Assembly: GCA_900617105.1 (NCBI GenBank)
Contig: UYFQ01000711.1
Location: 1 to 59,144 of the forward strand
DNA from: Hydrurus foetidus
Lineage: Eukaryota
Reading direction: 5' to 3'
Length of the DNA stretch: 59,144 nucleotides
Of the stretch, positions 1 through 10,800 are shown in pieces; positions within the stretch are counted from its first letter, which is position 1; every line of letters starts with the position of its first letter. Below the pieces are notes generated by a model. The model searched no databases. It had not been told where the DNA came from and was given only the letters and a program-made list of their open reading frames with translations. Made by a program: the position numbers and the translations under genes.

Positions 1-147
1 GCTAGAAGCTAGGATAACTTCTACGAGTAGGCTAGAGCTAGCTAGCAGCTGCGCTAGAGATGTATGTGTACAGTAGGCGGTAGGATCGGATGGATCGGGA
101 CTAGGTCCGGTACGGCCCGTAGGCCCGGTATAGCCGATCCGACCACA
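1..147 (-). repeat. 3' LTR of the Gypsy element (partial)
   Basis: Direct repeat of 6520-6666, ending at ...CCGACCACA in both copies. Confidence 0.93.
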
Positions 148-160
148 TTACCCCCACTTA
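148..160 (-). promoter_or_regulatory. Polypurine tract of the Gypsy element
   Basis: Minus strand reads TAAGTGGGGGTAA immediately before the TG of the 3' LTR. Confidence 0.75.
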
Positions 161-508
161 TCTTTTTCTGAAGAAAAAGAACCTATGACGCGACCACCAC
201 GTTTTGTACAAAAATCTAATAAAGCTAAAACTAACTAAAGGAAGAATAAAGAAAAAGATTACAAAAATGTAAATCTCAAAAATTTAAATATATAAAAATA
301 TAAAAATAAAAATCTATACAAATAGACTGGGTGGTGGGTCGGTCAAGGCGATAAGGTGGGTGCCTAGTACCATGTACTTGCGCACGAGACCTCGATACGT
401 AATTATGTCAGATTTTTACTGACTAAAACCATAAAACCTCATAGAGGGAAAATTAGGAAAAATCTTCAAAAGATAATACGTTCGAGATCAGCAACTTAGG
501 CTGATGTC

Positions 509-3500
509 TCAATGTTTTTGGGAATGAAATGTTTCATTTATTATCCCGTAAATAATCATGGAGTGCTTCACAGAGCCGTAGTGATTTCCACGGCTTCCAT
601 GTATTATGAGGTCATCGTAGTTGAGCCATTTAACATGGAACGACATTGTAGTCGGTTTCTTGGTGTCACCAGCGTGACCCAGAACTTTCTCAACCACGAA
701 CTCCATGTAATCGCGACGAGCAGTGTCAGCAGGTATATCTACCTCTGGGTCATAATTGAATATTTTCAAATTTTTGACATGAACACTTCGTGTCTTGTGG
801 TTTACAAGATTTGCGAGAACGTACTCGGACCCCTTAAAGGAGACAATACAGTAAGGGCCATGCCACTTAGTATGTAATCGAGTTGGAGGTCGATCAGTGT
901 ATCGGCATAAGACATATGACCCCACGGGGAACACAGTCGCTGATTCAGCTGACGCGGCATTTTTAGCATCCGCTTTTAACAAAGTTTGAACCGCAGTTTC
1001 AAGTACTTTGTCTTGTACACTTATCAAATCTGATATGTACGTTGATCTTGAATGTGTTCCAACACTTAAGTGTGGAGTGAGAATACCACGATTCAAATCA
1101 AGTTTGTTCCCGAACAATAAATGAGCGGGGCAGACACCTGTGCGTCTATTAACTGAACTGTTAATGATACGTTGCACGAATGGGATTGACTTAGCATATC
1201 CCTCAAGGGTTTGTTTATCAAAAACTAAACCTCTTGTGTCTATTCACCTCTTTGTTGACTCTTTCAACAATTGCATTCTCTTGTTTCGAGTAAGCAAGGG
1301 TGAGATTATGTGGTGTCCCACAAAGATCTAAGAATTCTTTGATCAATTCATTTGCGAAATGTGATCCTCGATCAGATCTAATCATATTTGGTGATCCAAA
1401 TCGACCAAAATGCGCAAGCAAACAGTCAGCTGCTGATTTAGCATCTGCGTCTGCACACCAGAACAATTCTGTCCATCGTGTGAATGTATCGATGATGACT
1501 AGGATATAACCTTTGTCAGGAAATGGACCAATATAGTCAACATTTAGCGTATCGAAGATAGCATAATTTGAAGTTGCAAAATGAGACGCATTGATCTTAG
1601 GATCTTTTGCACTCAATTTTTGACAACACGGACAGTTCTGTATGAACGTACGTACATGTTGTTTCATGTGTTTCCAAACTTGTTGTAAACTAAACAACCG
1701 AGTAAGGGTACGGTCTACGCCGTTGTGACCGACAATTGCATTGTGGCACATTTGAATGTATTCTAACTGATCGTCTGAAGCCGGTTCTATGACCGTCAGA
1801 GCTGATACAGTGAAAGAAGATGATGAAGTAGGAAGTAATTCCAATTCTTCTGTTCGTAATGGCAGAGCAATTTCTGTCAGATTAGGACAAAGCCTTGACA
1901 GTGCGTCTGCCAAAACATTTGAAGTACCGGGTACGAATACCACGGTAAAATCTAGTTCTTGCATAGCAATGAACCATCTCGCCACCATTGAGGTAGGATT
2001 TTGTTTCATATATGTAATGTTCAACTGATCCGTATGGATAGTGAACGTACGATCTCTGATTAGATAATCGAGTTGTGTACAACAATAGAAGATGGCATAA
2101 GCCTCTTTCTGTATCGTAGACCACCTTATTTGTGTTGGTGTTAACGATTTGCTAATGAAAGCAATTGGTTGCCAAATGGTACCAACAACTTGGAATAAGA
2201 CCCCACCGATACCAAAGTCGGATGCGTCTGTATACAAGCGGATGTCTAACTTATTGTCATCAATGAAGTACATTAATGGACAACGAGATATAGCAATCTT
2301 TGTGTCAACAAATGCGTTGGTGCTCTTTTGAGTCCAAACTACAGCAGAACGTCTCGGAGCAGAGTGATCAATCATATCCTGCATTGGCTTAACCAAAGTG
2401 GAATGCATTGGTACAAACTGTCGAAAATAGTTCGCTAAACCTAAAAATGACCTGAGTAAGGTTAAATTTTAGGTATAGAAAAGTTTAAAACTGTTTCTAT
2501 CTTCTCTTTTGACATGGATAAACCATCTTTGTCAACGACTCTGCCAACGTATTCAATACGTGGAAGGCCGAAACGGCATTTTTTGCTTTGAGTCTTAGAC
2601 CCTTAAGTCTAAATCTTTCAAAAACTTTTTTCAAGTTAGTTAGAAACTCTGCTTCACCCTTGCCATATACTATACAATCGTCGAGATACATCTCGCAACA
2701 ATGATAGATAAGGCCATAGAGGACCGCCGTTACCATCTGCTCTTGAAAGTAAGAGGGGCTCGACACGGACCAAAGGGCAGTCTCGTAAACTGAAATACCC
2801 CCGCAAAGCATATGAATGCCGTAAAATGCGGTGTGCGGGGTGTAACGGTGCTTGATGGTAACCTGCGGTTAAATCCATCACACAAAAATATCCGGTTTTT
2901 ATTACCGATCCTCTCAAAGAGGTGTTTGATATTTGGTAACGGGAATGAGGCCGGCTTAAGACACCTATTAAGTGGCCGGTAATCGATGCAGGTTCGAAAT
3001 TTACCGGGTGACTTAGTTACGATTACAGGATGACTGTAATAAGCGGCATCTGATCGCTCTATAACCCCTGATGCAAGCATCTCGTCAAGGTTTTCTTTGA
3101 GAGCAACCTCTTTTGTTGATGACTGGGGACGTACCGGCGTACGGTTTTCGTCTTTTTCCCACAACTCAAGTGGGATGTTAATCTCAAAGGGTTTAAGTGA
3201 CGCTGGTTTCTCAGCTAATTGATCACTGAAGATGTCTGAATATTCAGAACAGAGCTCTCGGAGCTTCCTTTGAAAGCTTTCATCTCCTTCAAAGGTAATC
3301 TCTTTGAGGAAATCCTCTGGCCCTTTGGGCAATAAGGGGGCAAACGTATCTATCTTGCCATCGTCAATCTCGTCAACTGAGAGTGCGACACCACTGGGCC
3401 ATAAAGGCTCAGTGACATAGTCTAAGGTATCAGAGTCCTCAGAAGTGTTTGTAGGGGTGGGAATCTGGTCGCCACCTAGGTGCGGTGTATCACCCGTACG

Positions 3501-4423
3501 TTTTGCGAGAATAGTAGTGACACTATTCAGTCGCTCACAACCTACAACACCACAGGGATCTTGGGTCATGACTCCCTCGATTTCCATCTGAGTATCGTTA
3601 CATGTCGACATTGTATGGACACAAGAGACGTTGCTCTTCGAAGAAGATTGACCATGCAATATGCTCTTCTTGTTTGGATACTCGATAGATCCGTGTGTTT
3701 CTCTCTTTTTAGAGGGTGGTTTACCGCCTGGATATTTCAGCTTGTCGTAGTGAGGTGTTAAAGACTCGACTACGGCTGTATCAGGTTCGGTACCCAACGC
3801 TATCATACGACGCGTATATTTGTGTTGAAACAACGGATCGAGTTTATCCAACGCTTCTTTTCTTTCGAATTCGCGTCTGCGAGCATCGCTCTTTCTCTTA
3901 TTCTCAGCACTTAGCTCAGGAGAAATGCCGAATGCAAACGGAGTTAACGTCCAAAAATCATACTTATTTACCGTTTCACGGCTAAATAAAATGTCGATGT
4001 CGGTTTTCCGATTGACCCTCATGGGTAGGCTGATGCTATGGCATTCACCATCGTAAGAATGAAAAAGGATTTTTAAATCGCAAATTTCGTTATTTAGATA
4101 ACATTGGCCATCGAGACCGCTACAAACAGTTATGGCTTTAAGAGCAGGATAACATAAATGAGTAGCATTTAATTTTCAATCATATCATATGAAATAAAAT
4201 TGTCTGAATAGTTGGCCGTATCCATTACGGCCTTTCCCGCGGCGCGCAGCTCGCTAGCTGGGCCTGTCCTGTCCTTATCCTGCACAATAACCGTAACGTT
4301 AAGGTGGTGAGAAGCGAGGGTGGAAGGGGTATGTAAAAATTCTTCACGAATAGGTACAAGTGGCAGCACTTCGAGATGATCATCAGTCAGATTAAAGACA
4401 TCATCCTCGAAAGTGGCAGCCAC
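509..4423 (-). pseudogene. pol: Gypsy pol (protease, RT, RNase H, integrase, chromodomain), broken by several frameshifts
   Basis: Fragments show a PR-like MDTANYS, RT (RTCIDYRPLN, MDLTAGYHQ, LPFG, YLDD), RNase H (YTDASDFGIGGVL), IN (H..H..CPCC, DYIGP, SDRGSHF, VERVN), a GPY motif and a chromodomain (FVVEKVLGH...FHVKWLNY). Confidence 0.92.
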
Positions 4424-4442
4424 GCAGTCATGGGCAAGGTTC

Positions 4443-5897
4443 TTACCCTGGTTTTGTCCCGGCTGAGTGTTGGGAGGAGGGTTGTGTCCCTGCGGGGGTT
4501 GTATTTACCCTTACCGCCGGACCCACGGCCCTGGTATTGGTTCGCATTGGGGTTTTGATTGCCCCTTTGCTTACCTCTACCACCTCCCTGGTTACCCTGG
4601 TTACCATAACCAGATTGGTTCTGGGAGTTTCCTCCTTGACCCTGGTTGGAACGATCTGAACCATCCGAGGTGTTGGAGTGGTTCCAGAACCATGGCTGTT
4701 CTTGGCGCGCTTGTTGTCGTTACACATCAAGTAAGGTTTAGAACCTCTGGGGTAGAACTGAACTCGTTCCTCGTATCCTGGAAGGACGAGGTTGAGTTGC
4801 CATTCAGAGTACCCCACCGCGGCCCAAGCCATCCCCACTGTAGAACTCTCCCACTCAACTTGGTGATTCGTGTTGGAGTCGGAGTAATACAAGATGGGGC
4901 AGTCTGCCAACGTGTGCGACGTAGCTCCGCACGACCGGCACGGACGAAACATCGGTACGAGCGGTACTTCCGTGGAAGCACGGACAGAGAGTCCGTGCTG
5001 CGTCGGAACGTACGAGCTAGGGGTACGCACAGTAGCAGTGACTGATCTCGACGAAGCGGAGGGTGTAGGTGAGGGTGCTTTAGCACTCGCTCTACTCGTC
5101 TCCTTCTTACCAACGTCTGGTGGAACTGCTGATGCAGGAAACGAGTACACCGTCTCCGGGTTGCCATAGCTTTTGATGAGGTTCATCATTGCCCTAGCCT
5201 CGGCAAGAACCTGACCAATGCGTAGCATAGTCGAATACCACGTATGAGGTGGGGTGTTGTCAGCAGCTTTCGCTTTCAGGTAATCCTGTTGGATTTGACT
5301 ACCCTTAGCTAGGCGCTTCTCCAAAATCAATATGAGCTCAGCATGCTGAGTCTCTGATAATGGTCCCTTAGACCTCTCATAAGTGCTCACAAGTTCGTTG
5401 TAACGTACGAATGTGGCATTCTCATGATCGTGGTTAGCGATCTGATAATGGAAGGGAACTTGGCTAAAGCTCTCTGCCAGAGTACATTCTCCCAAACCAT
5501 TTGGCGAGAAGTACTTTATTATCAGTTTGGCTACCTGAAGTACCGACAATTTAGTCTGCCAATCATGGCGTTGTCGTCTATCGATGATGTTAAATTCAGG
5601 ATCGATCATGATCCTGAAATTAAGTAACTCGATTGCCTGCTTCTGCATGCAATCGGTTAGCTTCATCAACGGGTACCTCTGAGCCTGTTCGTAGAACTCA
5701 GTCGCATCAGCTTCATCAATGAAGTTATGCCTGAGGACGAACACCTCGCCCTGGAGTTGCATCGTCGAGGGGAAAGCTGGGAACAGCGAGTTCGACATTG
5801 AGATAGTCGAATCGTTGAGCGCGGCTAAAGCTGCCAGACGTGCAATCTCCTCCTCTTCAGGAGATGGATCAGGGTTTGGGTTAGGTGGTGATGACAT
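4443..5897 (-). CDS. gag: Gypsy Gag with CCHC zinc knuckle (C-terminus may be frameshifted)
   Basis: 484-aa ORF between the 5' LTR and pol, containing CRSCGATSHTLADC. Confidence 0.85.
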   Translation of the reverse strand: MSSPPNPNPDPSPEEEEIARLAALAALNDSTISMSNSLFPAFPSTMQLQGEVFVLRHNFIDEADATEFYEQAQRYPLMKLTDCMQKQAIELLNFRIMIDPEFNIIDRRQRHDWQTKLSVLQVAKLIIKYFSPNGLGECTLAESFSQVPFHYQIANHDHENATFVRYNELVSTYERSKGPLSETQHAELILILEKRLAKGSQIQQDYLKAKAADNTPPHTWYSTMLRIGQVLAEARAMMNLIKSYGNPETVYSFPASAVPPDVGKKETSRASAKAPSPTPSASSRSVTATVRTPSSYVPTQHGLSVRASTEVPLVPMFRPCRSCGATSHTLADCPILYYSDSNTNHQVEWESSTVGMAWAAVGYSEWQLNLVLPGYEERVQFYPRGSKPYLMCNDNKRAKNSHGSGTTPTPRMVQIVPTRVKEETPRTNLVMVTRVTREVVEVSKGAIKTPMRTNTRAVGPAVRVNTTPAGTQPSSQHSAGTKPG

Positions 5898-6001
5898 GTC
5901 TAATCACTTATCGATGTAAATCTCACTGAAAGTCAATGGAGATCGATAACCCCTGCTCAGAAAAATTTTTCAAGAGCTTCGCCTCGTTCACAAACGGGTA
6001 C

Positions 6002-6666
6002 TGTAACGTCAGTAACAACGAATAAAGAGATTCTAACCAACTCTTGAACTGAAAAGTTCTATGGCGTGAAAGCCAAATTTAGAGTGGTAGAAAATATGGG
6101 GTACCTTTAAGGTAGAAGACGTTGCTCAACGTCGACGAAAAGAAGTCTGTAGACTAACTTTGTGTCTCTGGTGATGAATCTGTGATTCGATCGACCAGCG
6201 GAGCAAGTCTTAAATGACTTCTGGGAAGGATAAATCAACTTCGACCAAAATGTCAAGTTTGGAAGAGCCCAATGCACGGGGATTCCAAGAAAGCAGGTAA
6301 TCTGACTTTCTCTAACTTAGACTAGGTTCTCTGAGCCAATGGCTGCAGAAGAAAACCGCTCGAAAGTTGTTGAGCGGAGGCTCAGAAGTCTTATCTACAG
6401 GTTGGGACGAGTAGATGGAATGAGAAGTAGCAGAGAAAAGAGTGGACTAATAGCGCTATTGTAGTCCGGATAGGAAGTAGGTCGATGTAGTGGAGGTGAT
6501 AGTTAGTTACAGACTCTAAGCTAGAAGCTAGGATAACTTCTACGAGTAGGCTAGAGCTAGCTAGCAGCTGTGCTAGTGATGTATGTGTACAGTAGGCGGT
6601 AGGATCGGATGGATCGGGGCTAGGTCCGGTACGGCCCGTAGGCCCGGTATAGCCGATCCGACCACA
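6002..6666 (-). repeat. 5' LTR of the Gypsy element (inner boundary tentative)
   Basis: 6520-6666 is confirmed by the match to 1-147. The inner end is guessed from ...GTTACA (minus) at 6002. Confidence 0.6.
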
Positions 6667-7321
6667 CTGGTTTCTGATCACTTTCCCAAGCTCAAGGTGA
6701 AAGTGGGTTTGGTGTGGTGTTTAAGGTAATTAACAATGCAACATAGCTTACATCATTTATGGAGACAGTCGAGAAATTCGATCTGTCCCACACAGTCAAA
6801 CATGGTGCACTTTCGTTTTTAATGTTCCTGGATGTGGAAAAAGAACTTGGACCGGTGGATTAGCGACCTCCACGTGGTAACGTAGTGTCCGGTTCATTCA
6901 TAATCGTCTGGCGTCATCATGGGGTCACTTTTATGACATGAAACGATCCTCACCGGCGGTTTAAAAAATATGGATTCCAAAGTAGTACTAATTATACTTA
7001 CCAATTTAAAACAGTCTAAAATAGCCGATTAGTCTATTCTTCATCAGATTCAGGTGCAGCATCTGAGAAAGCACCTTCATCTTCATTTGCGTTGAAATTT
7101 TATTCTTGAGTGATCGATCGGTTGTCATCATAATCGCTTCGTATCATAATTGAGAAAAATAATCTATGGATCCACCCGGACTGCCACTGATGGTTTTATT
7201 TCAAAAAAATGAACAGATGCTTATGAATGAACCAGACACTACGTTACACGACGTACGAAACGTCATTAAAAGTACATACGTAATAACTTATACGGTTACT
7301 TAGCACACAGTTATTCCGACA
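6667..7321 (-). repeat. Diverged Copia LTR related to the LTRs at 47764/53766, interrupted by a MITE and abutted by the Gypsy
   Basis: Shared blocks AAGGTAATTAACAATGCAAC, CTGTCCCACACAGTCAAACATGGTG and ACTTATACGGTTACTTA.CACACAGTTATTCCGACA. Confidence 0.85.
6880..7244. mobile_element. MITE (non-autonomous TIR element, TA target duplication)
   Basis: About 31-bp TIRs ACGTAGTGTC(C/T)GGTTCATTCATAA..., TA on both sides; absent from the homologous LTRs at 47764 and 53766. Confidence 0.9.
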
Positions 7322-7326
7322 CCCAC

Positions 7327-7717
7327 TCTTGGAATAAGGCTGTCTTATGGATCCTGGATCCAGTCAAAGCACCTGGTTGATAGCAGTGATTCGTTTAGAA
7401 CACACTTTGCTTTCAGCTAGTCGACCAAGGTCGCTTCAACAGCTCACTCTAGTGTAGGTATAATGGCACACAGCCATATAGTCTCTTTTAATTAGAAGTG
7501 CTCATTGTGTCAAATCATAGCAGTTCATGGCTAGCTATACTAGCTACAGTTGGCTGTTCACTGTCATCATCAGTTGCAACTTTCAGTACAGTTTGAGTGA
7601 TGGTCTCGGGTCTGTGAGCGCTACCCTCGCTCCTCCACTTGAGCTTGAGTGATATTACCCAAAGGGAATTCCCCCAAAGGGATTGTCCCCATAGGGATAG
7701 CTATGCTATATCCAACA
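7327..7717 (-). repeat. Copia #1 3' LTR
   Basis: Direct repeat of 12833-13223; minus strand TGTTGGA...TTCCAAGA. Confidence 0.93.
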
Positions 7718-7882
7718 CACCCCTAATGTCACAAGCATTCAGGCGGCATATTCATATTTCTTCATAGAAATGTAATCATAAATCGTGTTTGTAACTATGG
7801 TAAGCTATAGTGATCATACAAGTTTTGTTGCTAATAAAAGTTTTAAAAAATAGCTCAACTGTAAGTCAATAATGTGAAGTAC

Positions 7883-10800
7883 TTAATTTCCTAGAATTTT
7901 CTTCACCAACTTGGAAAAAACCGTTCCTTGTAGTGGCTTGGTGTAGTAATCGGATGTCATATCCTCGGTGGGCACGTAGACAATGTTTACGGCACCGATA
8001 CGGATGTAGTCTGAGATCCAGAATTGTCGTACCTCAATAAACCGGGTGGTCTCTGCGGTAGACCGACCTTTTTTCAGCAGCGTGATGCATGACTGATTGT
8101 CTTGTTCCAGCCTCACTGGGTGTTTTCCATGTCCTTGGTATGCAATAAAACCAGCAAGCCATAGCGGAATGTTCATTCCGTCGGAAACCGCAATGATCTC
8201 GGACTCCGTACTTGACTTGGAATTCAGCTTCTGGACCTTGGAACTCGAAATAAAATTCCCCACCCCTAATGTGACACACATTCCTGAGGTTGATTTCATT
8301 TGCTCTCTGTTAGCAAATGCAGCATCAATTGATACTGTGACTGTCATTGGCAAAGTGCAACCGAGTCGTAATGGCTTGTCTCTAGTAGCCCTCAGATAGC
8401 ATATGAGCCTATCGAGTTTCTTGTCGTCTTCTGTTGTCGGTGCCTTTACACGTTTGCACAGTTCACCCAACACTAATACAATGTCTGGGCGTGTTCGGTT
8501 CCCCAGGTATAGCGCCGTAGCAACGTCGGTGTGAAAGGTTTTAGCGTCTTTCTCATTCAGGAATTTGCAGTCCAAGGTCCGCTCAAATAGGTGTGGGGCA
8601 CCCGGTGATGATGGGTCTCCGATGAGCTTCATACCGCGTTCAGCATGGCTTTTTTCCCTTGATGATATCAGATCTTGGATCATCCCGATCTGTGTTACCT
8701 TTACAAATCTAGGCTCAGTGTAATCCCACATGCAGCCTAGGTACGGTAGAATGCGCTCTTGGGTGGTACGGAATTGGCCGTACGTTTTCAGCAAAATCTT
8801 TTCCATGTCAAGAACCGCTTTCTTGTCCACGCATGTCATCTTTAGATCATCTACGTAGACTAGGATCGTAAATTGGTTGCCTTTGACGTCCTTGTTGAAG
8901 ACGCAAATATCGCGCGGGTTAGCCGTGAAACCATTTGACCGTAGGGTTCCGGCTATCTCGTTGTACCATAGTTTAGCAGACTCAATACACCCGTATAGTG
9001 CTTTGTCCAGTCTCACCACCAACCCTCCATTGTGTCTTCTGAAGGGCGAAAAAGATTTGTCTTGTTTGATGATGGCGTCGGTCACATTCTTATCAATATG
9101 CATATTATGAAGGATTTTATCCGGTTTATCCATAGGCATGTTGGCGTTGAGGTACGCGGACCCAACGTCTCCGACCATGATGAAACGGTTTTCCGCAGCA
9201 GCAATCTGTGCAACTGTAAATATAGCAGCTATGCTCGCTGTCGGTGACTCAACTTCATCTGCAGCATAGTCCTCTCTGACTTGTGCACGCCCATCCACAC
9301 AGAAGGGCGCCTTGACCTTGTCGATTTGGCGATCGCCATTCGAGTTTAGTGTTGGAAGGTATTTCTCCACAACATTCATGTTCGAACGGAGGATCTTCTT
9401 TGTCTGAGTAGGTGTGAGTTGTTCCATGTGGACTCCTGAAAATGTCCCCTTTGCCAGTAGTGATTTGACCTCTGACTCAATGGCTGCGGTAGCCTTATCC
9501 GGGAAAAGTTTCAATGCCCGGGTAACTGTCATAAGTGACCAGTCACCCCTAATTCCTTCTTTCTGCGCTGGAATAGGTAGTTTGTCAGCTACTAAGTTGA
9601 GTCTGTCTGGTGGCTTTCGAATTCTCGTCGACTTCTCACGCAATTCAACTGGTGCACTAGGTATGTACGTACGTACTGCGGTGGTAGGTGGTGCCTCTGG
9701 TTGCTCCTCCGGTACCGCTTCAAATGTAGTTTCTGGCCCGGATACTTCGTCGGAAGTCAGATTACTAGTATTTTCAGCACCCGCCGATTCCATTTCACCC
9801 CGAATCTCAATTTGGTCTTGAGCAATTTGAGGTTCCATCATGGTATGAGGCGTGTCGGTTTCATCCGGGAACACCGGTAAGATTGGAGGTGTAGGTTGAA
9901 ACGGGATTGTTGGCACCGGTATCGAAGGTGAATCGATTGTGACAATATCATCGTCGATATCTCCTGTGATGTCTTTATCATGGAAAGTGAATATTGGTTC
10001 TTTCGATGTATGTATCTTGTTCTTCGATGCCCACCCATTTACAGTGGTGGTGACGAGTGGTGGTATCGGTAGCACCACATAGTGGTTGGCCGATATGACG
10101 CTCCTAGTGTCGATGCGCATAAAGGAATGAGTGCCTGTCCCATTCATCTTTGGTTCTAGGTATAGGCATCCAATGGTTCTTGGATCCATGTTGTTGCTAA
10201 GCACCCTCCCGGTGACTTGGCAGTATGACCCGAACGGTGGTCCAATATCTTTTTTCGTGTCCGCCTTTCTACCAAAGAAAGCTTCGAAAGGGGAAATTCT
10301 ATCTGTCCTCGTCGATGAGGGAAAGAGTAGTAACTTCTTCGCAGAGGCTGTCACAAGGTAGGACATGAGTATGTCAGGCAGTAGGTACGGTAGACTGAAG
10401 ATGGTACAGCGGATGGTCTCCTTTAGGTGCCTGATCATTCGTTCAATAATGTGATCATGTTGCCCTGGACCAACCGCAATCACTTCGACACCCATGGCGT
10501 TCATGTCGTTGAAAAGTGCAGCGATGCCTCGCTCATTGTCACTTGTAAATTTCACGATGGAAATTCGTCGGGACCCGATGGTGCCGAACATACGCTTGAG
10601 GCTCTGTCTGAGCACCGGCGTTGTAACATTGTCAACACAGCCGACCAAAACAATTCCCAGTGGATGGGTAATCGAAACTAGGAATGGCTGCTTATTTATG
10701 AACATGATGTCACAATGCATGTGTTGCGCATCAAAGTTTCGTGTCGTAGTAGGTAGCTGTGGTGGTGGCATAGGCCTCAGCCGAGTAGTGCGTCCTTTGA

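Larger units (their letters stand above)
1..6666 (-). mobile_element. Ty3/Gypsy LTR retrotransposon with chromodomain (chromovirus-like); 3' LTR runs off the window
   Basis: 1-147 matches 6520-6666 (3 mismatches) and starts TGTGGTC on the minus strand. Domain order is gag-PR-RT-RNaseH-IN-chromo. A PPT abuts the 3' LTR. Confidence 0.95.

Noticed and set aside
509..4423. Programmed recoding explaining the many Gypsy pol frameshifts (also those near 52190, 52830 and 56140)
   Set aside because: They fall inside conserved domains, several in homopolymer runs. Decay or assembly indels are more likely; a read pileup would decide.
5985..6110. tRNA PBS or self-priming site for the Gypsy element
   Set aside because: The inner LTR boundary is unconfirmed. 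At the tentative end there is no TGG and only a 5-nt self-match (GTACC).
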